Below the pieces are notes generated by a model that searched no databases, was not told where the DNA came from, and saw only the letters and a program-made list of their open reading frames with translations. Source: Podarcis liolepis (Eukaryota). From it: a stretch of DNA of 64,000 bases. The position numbers and the translations under genes are program-made. Shown here piece after piece: positions 22,601-34,400 of the stretch. The stretch is taken from the NCBI GenBank assembly GCA_965112155.1, contig OZ218103.1, one strand, 5' to 3'. The stretch's first letter is position 1, and each line of letters starts with the position of its first letter.

Positions 22601-24202
22601 GTATTCAGACCCTGCCACGCTCCCAACACAGGTGAGTGGGGAATCATATTTTGTCTAGGGGCTTATCCACATTTCCTCTTGTCCTGCTGCTTTCCTCCAG
22701 GGAAAACCACTCTTTAGCAACCCAACCCAAATTGCCATTTGCTCCGATCAAGCACAAAAGAGTGGTTTTCCCTGGGGAAATGCAGTGGGAAGTGTGGACA
22801 AATTGTGACTAATCACTCACCTATGCTGGAATAGAACAAAGTCCTAAGATAAGTGTAAAAAGTACCACTGGGGACCAAAATTCAAGAAAATACATTACTG
22901 AATGTTATGAAGGTCTTTCAAGTTCAAACATGTCTCTCCAAGCATCTCAGTCCCGTCAAAGCTGAATATTACCTATGCCACGCACTGGCTCAATACTTTG
23001 TGTTTCTATGGATCCCCTATAGTAAGAATCCCTTGGATCTTACTATAATAGCTACTGGAGTGGGATGTCTCCATCGCCAATTCACACCCCAACAGGCCAA
23101 CTTTTAGCTACTGAGTTCAAGAAACTTAATTTACTACCTTCTCAAGGTTCAAGTCACAATACCCTCTGTGAACCCAAAAAATATTGAGAAATAGTTATGA
23201 TTCCACATGGCACATAACAGTCAAACTGTGTTGTTGAACAGAAGTCGGAAAAACACAGTAGCAAAGCGGTGCATGTGTAGCAACCACTGATCTACGTATA
23301 ATCTAAAAATATAATGAAAATTAGAAACACTTAATAACATCATGGTGCTGCTGGTAGCGCAAAGAAACTTTCCTTCAAGAACCCGATTTAAAGCAAACAA
23401 TTTCTGTTCCTTCATAACATTCTAAACAAGTCATATTTCTGGAATATCTGTATACTTAGTCTTACAGTTGATAAATTTAACCCCCCCCCCATGCTTTTGC
23501 TTTTTAGATTTATGGCAACACACATGCCGATTTCACAGTTTAGTTCCTTGGAATCGGAGAGCCACAGAGTTGCTCCTAGCCTTGGAATAATCTCTGCTTT
23601 GCACGGCACACATCTGCCCAGTTGATTACATTTCAGTGAAAACAAAAAGCAACCCTGTTTTGGCACACAGCCCCGGGATGCTGGTTAGCTTTCTCAGTCC
23701 CTGCCATAGCATCTCATTGCCCTGCTTGCTAGGAGAAGTGCTGCTCACACTGCAACAGCTTCAAAGCAGTGTCATCACAGTGTTGGAGTGGAACATGTCC
23801 CCCACCCAGGGATTTGGAGCCTTCTCCTAGTAGCAAGGTATGTTGTACCTAGTAATGCTAATATTTAATGAAATGTTGCTTTCACATTCCTATTTAGTTT
23901 TCCTTTAAGAGTTGGAAAAAGAAATCTGATTAAAACAAAGTTACATTTTTTTTAAAAAAAAAGGTTTCCCTTCTTCCTTATCCAGAGCTGCAGTATCTCC
24001 CCCTTCTACACCCACCCACCCAAAGCAGTTCTTGCAGCCTTCTTGGTTTTAGACAGTTTGATGGAAGCAGTAGGAACACAGAATCCCTTGGATACAGAAA
24101 AGGCATTCAAATTAGAAGTAAAATGAACCGTCTGCATTCGTGCCCTTCTGTAGCAGCATCTAAATCCATGTGAATCCAATTCTAGTTAGATCTGCAATAT
24201 CA
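16690..24202 (-). other. SORT1: Probable long SORT1 3'UTR with alternative poly(A) signals
   Basis: Minus-strand AATAAA at 22009-22014 and 16708-16713, the latter followed by a GU-rich downstream element. U-rich UTR-like blocks near 18900-19080 and 20850-20960. The true end cannot be verified from sequence alone. Confidence 0.45.
20440..20710 (+). mobile_element. CR1-type LINE 3' fragment
   Basis: attaacctatggaactcactcccc...gccattggcctgatccagcaggctctt. Confidence 0.65.
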
Positions 24203-24217
24203 CTATTCCAGAAGGTC
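24203..24217 (-). CDS. SORT1: SORT1 exon 20, coding part (DLLE*)
   Basis: ...ttcttcccag|GAC CTT CTG GAA TAG; completes the GGA-binding acidic dileucine motif. Confidence 0.93.
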   Translation of the reverse strand, partial: DLLE

Positions 24218-27200
24218 CTGGGAAGAAAAGAGGGGAAGATAATACTTCTTGTTAACATTTGATGATCATGATTCTTTGCAGTTTTGCTGTGGCAAATACA
24301 ACCCACTTAGCCCCACAGAGATATACAGCTGTTTCTTTTTCAAAGTGACATAAGCCAAAATCACATGCTTGGGGTTCAAATTTATCTTTCTAACCCAACA
24401 TGTACTGCTCAGAAAGATGCATGGTGTGCACACATACACATCAGTTACAATCACTTGCCTCATCAGAATCATCATGGTAGCCCGTTTTATTGGCATCTGG
24501 TGTGTCAACGCCATCAAAGCCGTTCGCTTCCGCATGCTGCTGCAGGACAGAGTATCGGTGAACCAGAAACCTAGGGGCATGATAAACACACATGAAATGA
24601 ACTTGGCCCTATGGCGGTAGCATCAACATTCTTTGAACAGAAGTGAATATAACATCCAGAGACTTTTGGAAGAACTTTATATGGGTTGCTGCTGAGACAC
24701 CATTTCTCTGGCTGTTTTATCTGGTCTAAGCCAATAAACACTGGGTATCTTTAGAGCCTATATAGGATTTTTTAAAAAAACTGGTAGTGCAACGATGCTA
24801 CATGAATCCATCTGTCATTTTGGGCTAAAGTGTCATGGGTCTGCAGCTGGCATGTAGTTTTATCTCTCCTGGCGAAGTTGTGGAACAGGTATTGGGATGG
24901 ATGAGGGATGAAGGCAAGAATAGAAGAGCCTGCTGTATCAGGCCAATGGCCCATCTAGTTCAGTATCCTCTTCTCACAGCAGCCAACTAGATGTCTATGC
25001 GAAGCTCAAAATCGGGCAAGACAGAGGTACTGTGGGCAGGCAAGCCTGCTGATCTAGGAATGTGTGACCAGGGCTGCCATGATCACGTTTGCAGTTTAGG
25101 GCTTCTCCTGGACTCAGAGCAGTTTATAGAGGTACCCATGACATCTGTTGTCAGGCACTCCTGGTCAATTTGCCAGTGGGATTCCTTTGTGAAGAAAGTG
25201 GACCTGACTATGGTAATTCATGCCCTGGTTACATCAGATTGGGTTATAATGTGCTGTACGTGGGTCTGCTTTTAAAGACAATTTAGAAGTGCCAGCTGGT
25301 GCAGACTGCTTAGCCCCCATAAACAGCTGTAGTCTGATATAAAGCCTTATTTGTACTAACTACAGTGGTTGCCAATGTGTTTTCAGGTCCAATCTAAAGC
25401 ACTGGTTGTTAGTTTTAAAGTCCTAAACCATTTGGGATCTGGTAATTTGAACAATTGCTTACACTTCTGTTTGGGCTCTAAGACCAGCCACAAATACCCT
25501 CCTTACAGGCCCACCACTAAGATCTATCAGGCCGACAAACATGAGAGCACCTTTCAGTGTTGGCCCTGTCCCTGTGGAACTCCTTCCCACAGAAGCCTCT
25601 CTGGCTTGTTTTAAATGGGCCTTACTGACTTCACTATCCCAATCTGCCTTAAACTGAATAAGGTTGGTGATTTTATAGTTACAACCCCTGCTGTTTTATA
25701 TGTATGTGTTATGTTACATAGCTACTGTTTTTCTGTTTTGAATTGGTTTCATGCTCTTAATTCTGAGCTGTGGTGGCAGAGTCTCTGGCACTGAAAGGCA
25801 GCATAAAAATAACTGAATAATAGTTAAAAGTAAGAATGATCTTGCCAATCCCTTCCCAAGGCTCACCTTCCTCCACAAACGTATTTCTTAATGATGACTA
25901 CTCCAGCTACAGCAGTCATAAGCATCAAGCCTATTACAGCCAGGATGACTGGAGTGGAGTTGGAGGAAGTAGACTGTAGAAAGAAAAGAGAGAGATGCAT
26001 TAAGATTTTATGACAAATTATTAGATCACTTCGATTACTGAGTCATTTCCATAATGATTCTCCTAGCATATTCTCCCTACCTCAATAACTTACTCTCTTG
26101 TCCTGCATGGATCACAGGAGGATTATAAAGATTTGGGGAGAGAGAATGAAACAGCTGATTTTGGAAAGGGTGAAATTTGACTACTTAGTTCAGAATGCCA
26201 AACCGCAGCTTCAACAGCCAATTTGGAAAGCTCATTCATTTTACTGCTTGAACAGAGTCAAGGTTAATATTGGCAAATAATTTTAAGAAAAACTGCTTCT
26301 CAAATATTAACGACAAATGGGCTGTTTTTCAAGCACTCTTTTTACATTGGTTAGAACAGTGTTTCCCAACCGGTGTTCCGCGGCACACTAGTGTGCCGTG
26401 AGACACCGGCTGGTGTGCCGTGGGAGGGAGGCGGGCGAGTCGGGCGGCGAGAGGCGGCGGCGGCGGCGAGGATCCGCGTCGAGCCGGGGGCGGCTCCGCG
26501 GTGCTGGTGCCGAGCGGCGGGGCAGCGCGCGCAAAAGGGAGGCGCGCGAGACAGCGGAGGAGGAGGAGGCCGGCATGTCCGGGCAGCAGCAGCAGCAGCA
26601 GCAAATCGCCGCCACCACAACAGCCGCTGCCGCCGTCCCTCAATCCCTCGCTCTGCTGCCTCCTCCCACCCCGGCAAGGGGAAGGGAAAAAACTTTAACT
26701 TTTGTGCGTCCCTCCCGGCGTGACGCTGCGCGCTGACGTCACGGGGCGGGGCTTTAATGGTGGTGTGCCGCGAGATTTTTTCCCGGTAAACAGGTGTGCC
26801 GTTGCCCAAAAACGTTTGGGAAACACTGGGTTAGAATACTCTCTTTCTACCTCTCATATATATAGGCAGCCTGCAGCCTTTGAACTATATGCAGCCCCCA
26901 GCCCAATTTCAGTTGACCCCCTGAAAGCCATCAGTGCAGGCCTCTGACAAGAGTGATCTGCCACTCTAGCACACTGGGGAGGAAAAAGAGAAGGGGGTTC
27001 AGAGAGAAAAAAGGGATGATTCCACTCACCAGTGGATTTCCCCTGCCAGCATATGGCCTCAAACAGAATAACTCAAGGAAATATGGCCCTTGACAGGAAA
27101 AGAAAGGTTGCCCACCCTTCCTCTCTTTATCTCTTTGCTCCACTTTCTTTCTGCATTTTTTAAAGCTTACCAGCTGGCTTGAGTTCAAGTAGTTGCTAGT

Positions 27201-28444
27201 GCATTTTTTCTTCAGATCAGTCTCTTCACGGATGGGATTTTCCCCACCAACACATTTGTCTCCTGGGATCTTCCGATATCTGAAATTCAACAAGAGTCTC
27301 AATAATCTAGTATTACGAAGCTTCTTTTATTAGTGACAGCTTTCCAAGCCACCTAAAATTAGCTAACCCCTTCATGTGCAAGCATCAGTGGGAAGTCGAG
27401 GACATGGTTTCACCATTGCCAGGCTGGGTATCCTCAAATCACCTGTCTGATATTCCCCAAAGCCATGGTTCTTTCAGGGCTGGGCATGTCATGTCTATAG
27501 GGCTGCAGTGGCCTCCAAGAAAACATGGAAGTCACATGACATGAAAGTCAAGAATCCTCAAACAATAAATGCACATGTCATGCTAAATTATTTCAGCTGC
27601 TTCTGGTCCACAGAATTTATAAGCCAAGATAGTTCTATCTAGAGAACTATCTCCCCACCCAATACAGAATACATAATGAACCACCTTAAATGTATTATAG
27701 ATGGCTATACTACATCTTCTACTGGAAGATATAGTGCCATGGTCACAAGAGCAAGGGGCATATTTTGATTCTAAGGGAGATTCTTACTGTTCCAGAAACA
27801 CAGCGTGCTCAGAGAGAGGAAGAGAATAAATTTACAGCCTATATGCAGGGCACCAGAATATAGTCCTCTTCCCAGTAGACTACATATATCTGTTTTATAA
27901 AAACAAATACACACAGGACCAAGCCATCTCCTCCATCAATAATACTATTATAATCATAGAAAATTACCCGCTGGTCTTTAGCCGCTCTCGCTTCCCATAT
28001 AGACAAAATTCTAGGTCGTGCCCCTTCAGCTCTGGCTGCTCCACACACTTGGAATGGTTTTCTGGGCGGTAGTAGCCAAAATCACTGCATCACAAATCCC
28101 AGGAGTAGAAAGACAGACGTTAACAACCCACACACAGTATGAGTATTGACTCATGCATCACTTCATTACTGCTGCAACTAAAAGACCTAGTATGTGGTTG
28201 CTCAAACTAGAATTATACATTTTTAATAGTTATTCAGGAATTTGGTGATAATACTTCACATGCCTAGTTGTATCACTGGCCCATTATACTGACAGAACAT
28301 TCAGGAGGAGAAACTACCCTATGAAGGAGCATCCAGTTTCTTCAGGGGTGGCAAATACATTTCAGCCCAATGGATGCATTGAGGGTTAGCCATGCTGCCA
28401 AGAGCCACATGCCAGCAGTGAGTGTGGTTGCAGTGGGTATAGCC

Positions 28445-28488
<44 letters not shown>

Positions 28489-31400
28489 AAACAGACAAGA
28501 AGACAAATGCTGGCTAAGTTGGGGCTGCAGAGGGGAGAATTCCCTGTGTTTTTTCTTCCCATTGCTAGCTTGGGGGCTTTCCTTCTACCCTAGTGCTGTA
28601 ATAGCAAGGAAAAGAAAAATGTCTTCAAGGTCTTAACTCTGAATGACACTGCACCATAGGGATAAATAGTTCCCATGTTAGAAGAGATTAGAAGAAAGAG
28701 AAAAGGTTTTAGAAGACTTTTCTGTTTCCTTCCTGTAGGAGCTCCTAACAAAGGCACTGCACCAGAGGAAGATGTGGAGATTTTCAAAAAAAATAAAAAG
28801 AGGTGCCAGAAGAAAAAAAGAGGGTTGTGGGTCACCAAAAATGGCAGGCCACAGGTTCGCCAAACCTGAATTATTTCCTACCAAGCATTAGCAATCTAAT
28901 TTGCTAATATGCAGCACACGTATCCATGGCAATGAATGTGGCCCTGAATGGAAAGCAGATTCAGTGTCAACAATGAACCCATGCAAACTGAAAAATTAGA
29001 ACAGAAACCCATTTCAGTGCTGCTTGATAAACTGGCTGTGAATGAAAATGTTTTTTAAATATTCAAAAACCAACAGCAGGTGGGAGAAGATGATAGAAAT
29101 ATTGGGTACTGATTCCTTCTAGGGCCCTCTAAAACAACCCCACAACCAGACTGACATCAATGTTATTACTGGTTTTGTACAGCCTCAAAATCTATTGTGA
29201 GAAATCCAGATTGATCTCTCCATTTCCCCAGCACTCAAAAACCAGTGCTAGGCTAAAACTTGTCCTCCAATTTTGCAAGGTCATTTCCCCCTTTGCAAAC
29301 TGGGGAGCTGTTTTCTGCACCTTTCATCACTGCTACATTTGTAGAAATTTGTGTGTGTGCGCATTGCTTGTCTTATTCAACCATATGAGGTGGCTAAGGA
29401 ACCCTCTTTTTCCTCACTGAGCTCACTTGAAGTAGTTTAGAACTTACACTGGCTTCCATTTCAACAAAACATCCTGGAACACCCACATAATTATGTGATA
29501 TCAGCAGCCATATGGGTATACCAGGAAGTACTGCTGGGATGTAAGCCAGCATACAGAAAGCTTTCCATGGCTGCAAGTGTGCACAAAATTTCAGCTTTTA
29601 AAAACAGCTTCTTAAAGCTTGGGTGTTCCAGGAAGTCCTGCCAAGCTGGAAACCAAAATGAAGTCCATGTTGCTGTGAATGTGGTGCTTTTGTTTACACA
29701 ACATTTCAAGAGAAAAGCAAGGTGCTTTAGCCATCTCATAAGGTGGTGGTAGTGGAAATATCTGCTTATTCCCACCTTGCTCTTTTTGAAGGCATGCTCA
29801 GTTCACACATACACCGCCCCCTTGAGTGGTTTTAAAAAAGAAGCCATTCAGGTTTAAGTCCAGCACTGTTCACGACACACGTTTATTACAGTAATTTGTG
29901 TACTCTGGACTATGGCTCTGAAAGTTTAAGGGATGCAAAGGCCATGTTCAGTCTTGTTATTTTCAGGTATGAATTAATCATATACCAGCAAATTCAGTTT
30001 GTGCAGTTAAAGTGAATTTGGCATTCTTGCACAATAAACCTGCTTACAATCCCCCCCACCCTGCCAAAACACCCTGGGATTTTTCTGGCAACAAAAGGGA
30101 TGGGGAAATGCACTGGAAAGTGTGAGATGCTGATGTTGTGCAGCATTATATCTGTGCAAACAAATCAGGATGAATGCTCAGTTAAACAGGTCGTCAGAAT
30201 GAGCCAGTACATGCTAGAGTCCAGTAGAACAAGCTACCAGCAACACAGTTCTGCTCCCTAACGTCTGCACTATTTTCCACCTTCTTAAATTACACTCCAC
30301 CCTTTTCGTTGTTCATTTTTCCACAGCTGAATGCTCCCTACAGAAGTTATCATGAGGGCCTTTTAAAAGCAGCACACACAAGCAAAGCTGAACATCAGAC
30401 GTGACTACTGCAAAACCTAGCGGCTTAAATGAGAAGCCATTAAGATGCATCTTATTTTCATGATCAAGTTCCCAGCCTGAGACTACAAGGAAAAGAATGA
30501 ACAAGCAAGCAGCATCTGCTTAAGACCCTGAACCACAGGAAGTCTCAGTAGGAACTTCTCATGGTCTAAAGCTGTGTGCACACCATACATTTAAAGGACA
30601 TGACTTCCCCTAAAGAATCCTGGAAGTTGTAGTTTGTTATGGGTGCTGGAAACTGCAGCTCTGTGAAGGGTAAATCACAGTCACCAGGATTCTCAAGGGG
30701 AAGTCATGTGCTTTAAATGTATGGTGTGTACACAGCCCAAGTGTACACACCATACATTTATTGTTTATTGTCCCTAATGCTGCCCCTCTCCCAATACCCC
30801 AGTTCCTGCCTGAGAACTTCAGATCATGCCAAAGCCAGATTTTGGTTCTGAACAAACAATGAGTTTGTATGATTTCTTTTAGTGAAGAGGATTTCTGCCA
30901 CTTTTGTCTCAAATAAATGGCGTAGGTATGTGCAACTGCATGACATCTGTTTGTGAAAGATCTGCCTGCTTAAAATCTTGCATGCTCCTTCAGCCACAGA
31001 AAATAGACCATCATTAACCTGCACATCTTGTTATACTGAAAATGGAATCTGGGTTGCAAAATGCGGCATTTCTTCTGAGAACCCCCAAGTTGCACCATAT
31101 TAAATCAATGTTGACTGCCTCCTTGAAAAACCTCACATTTATAGAGTCATAAAACCACAATTCTACATATGTCAGGAATGGGGAAACTGTGGCCCTGCAG
31201 CTAGGCTGCAGACCCCATTAATCATGCTGATTGGGCTGATTAGAGCTGCAGTCCAACATGTGGAGGGCCACAGTTTCCCCATCTCACTATTTCAGAAAAC
31301 GAACTGCAGAGTCTGATTTAATATTTCAGTGAAGCTGAAAGGTGGCAGGGTGGGAGTATGGTCACTCCCCAGGCCATTTCAGAACAGAAAAAAACACAGC

Positions 31401-34400
31401 CATGGAAATAGATTATGGGAGGAACTCTCCAAACATACCAGAGGAAGTCACCTAATGTGCAAGTGCAGACAGATGGTTGCTTGGTCACAACATAGTCTCG
31501 GCCATTCTGACAGAAAGATGACTTGCGAAGGCGCAGATATTCCTCCTTGTAGCCCAATATGCAGCCATCTGCAGGGTCATTGGGATTGCTGGAGTGAGCC
31601 AACCACTTTGTGTAGTCCTTCTCCATACCTAAGGAGGGAATAATGACCAGATGCCTGAGATAGTCAAAAACTACTAAAATTCTGTGAGCTTTTCTGTAGA
31701 ATTCTGTGGTGCAATCAGCCACAGAACTGGGGCAGGTACTCTCTGGAATTAAGGGGAGCTGCCCTGTAGCTTTCTCAAGTGCGGCAGCCTTTGTGGGGGA
31801 CAGGACATATCACATGGTTCCCCATGCCCCACCACCCTGTTACCCACTGCAGCAGAACAAAAAGAGGGGGAGGGAGGAAACCTCTCTCCTTCCTCTGCTG
31901 CCAATTAAAGGTAAGGAAAAGGAAGAGAGAGGAGTGTGGCCTGGCATAAATGGCTTTTTTCAGAGAGGGAGAAGGAACAGAAGATGGGTGTGCAATATTT
32001 CTGAGCCCTTACATTAGCTGGGGGGGGGATATTCCAAATTATCTTGGAGAAAAGTTTTAAAGTTTTGCTCCCCCCGCCCACAAAGAACTTGAGTAATTTC
32101 CAAATTAATCTGAGGCAAACTTCCTCATGTCTGGAGGAACTAACTTTTTTGTGGGGATTACACATGAAGAGGCAGCTAAAAGACCTGACCTGTGCATTCT
32201 CAAACACAGTATTACACCAGTAGCCTATTGAAGATGCTCTAATTCATGGGTAGGCAAACCAAGGCCCAGGGGCCGGATCCAGCCCAATTGCCTTCTAAAT
32301 CCAGCTTGCAGACATCAGGGAATCAGCACGTTTTTACTTGAGTAGAATGTGTGCTTTTATTTAAAATGCATCTCTGGGTTATTTGTGGGGCATAGGAATT
32401 CAATCATTCCCTCCCAATATAGTCTGCCCCCCCCCCACAAGGTCTGAGGGACAGTGGACCGGCCCCTGCTGAAAAAGTTTGCTGACCCCTGCTCTAGTTG
32501 CATCACATTTTTTAAATTCACAGATATAGGCAAGACAATTTGAAGACAAGCAGCTGGCTAGCATTCTTATTTGTTATAAAGGAAGAGATTACTCACACTC
32601 CCTGTTGAGAAGATCATTAAAATCAATAGTATACGAGATCCACTGACGAGACAGGAAGCTCTCTGTAAATCCCCAGATGCTAACATTCATCGATTTTGCT
32701 CCTGGCTCTGATGCCAGGCCAGTAAACATCATAGGATCCTTACTGAAAACATAGTTGTGCCAGCACTGCCCTTCATCTGTGGAGAACCTGAAACAGATAA
32801 GATTAGGAATGGAGGTTTGGCATTATCACTGTGGTTAATTTAGACTGACAGAAATCCTAACAAAGCTTAAGGCAGCCACTCTCAAATACTGGGGATGCAA
32901 GACAGGTGACAGGAATATTAGACTAAACTACATGCTTACAGTGGTACCTCGGGTTACATATGCTTCAGGTTACATACGCTTCAGGTTACAGACTCCGCTA
33001 ACCCAGAAATAGTGCTTCAGGTTAAGAACTTTGCTTCAGGATGAGAACAGAAATCGTGCTCCGGCGGCGCAGCAGCAGCAGCAGGAGGCCCCATTAGGTA
33101 AAGTGGTGCTTCAGGTTAAGAACAGCTTCAGGTTAAGTACGGACCTCCGGAACGAATTAAGTGCTTAACCTGAGGTACCACTGTACTTGCCACTTTGGGT
33201 TCCGCTGTACTGTGTCCGTTTCTGGGCACCACAATTTAAGAAGGATGGAATGTGTTCAGAGGAGGGAGACCAAGATGATCAAGGGGCTGGATACCAAGCC
33301 TTATGAGGAATGGTTTAGGGAGTTGGGTGTGTTTAACTTGGAAAAGAGGAGACTGAGAGGGTGGCATGATAGCCATGTTTGAATATCTGAAGGGCTGTCA
33401 CATGGAAGAGGGAACAAGCTCTTTTTCTCCTGCTTCAGAGGGCCTTAAGACCTGAACCAATGGATTCAAATTACAAGAAAGGAGTTTCTGACTAAACTTT
33501 AGGAAGAAATGCTTGCTGTTAAGAGCTATAATTCCCTTGGAAAATGGTGCACACTCCTTCATTGGAGGTTTCAAAACAGAGGCCGGAGAGTCATCTGTCA
33601 CAGATGCTTTAACTGTGATTCCTGCATTGTATGGGGTTGGACTAGATGACCTTTGGTGTGCCTTCCAAGTCTACAATTATACGACCCTGACTTCGTTACA
33701 AATGAGTGCCAGGAAAAAGTGATTTGCAATGGAGAAGTGGACAGGGGCAAGGAGTACATAATCCCTCTTCTTTTATCCTAGCTGGAATTCCAAACATATT
33801 TATGTCTGCCTGTTCTGGATGAGAGCTTGTTTTAAAAATGTAAATAGGGATAGAAATTAGTGGTTCTTCTGAAATCACTCCTCTCAAGCAACAGCTTCAT
33901 GGTTAGGATAGCCTCATTCCTTTCAAACATTCTAAATTGAGAACAATCCAGTTTCTTCCTTTACATCATTCTACAGCAGTGTTTCATAGAATTGGGTCCC
34001 CAGCTGTTGTTGGACTACAACTCCTAGCATCCCTGGCCACTGGTCCTACTAGCTGGGGATGATGGGAGTTGTAGTCCAACAAACAGCTGGGCCCCCAAGT
34101 TTGAGTAACACTGTTCTATCGGGATAGTTCCAGGTGATGTAACAGTGAGGAAGTGGGCACTGAACTTCTCATGTCCTCCCACCATAGAAGTATTAACAAA
34201 ATTAAGTTCCTGCATACTTAATCACATTGATAGGATGATCCGTTTGCTCAACAGCCACAATGATGCCCCCAGAATCCAGGATGGCATAGTGATGGGGTCC
34301 TTCAAGCATCCGTGCCCAGGTGTAGCCGCCATCATCCGAAATGTAAACATCTGGGTTTATTATTGAAATGGCATCCCCAACACTTCCTGCAACACAAGGC

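Noticed and set aside
26329-26809. GC-rich overlapping ORFs as SORT1 exon 1 or a standalone gene
   Set aside because: They lie inside a TIR/TSD-bounded transposon in intron 17 and have no sortilin propeptide similarity; the true exon 1 must be beyond 64000
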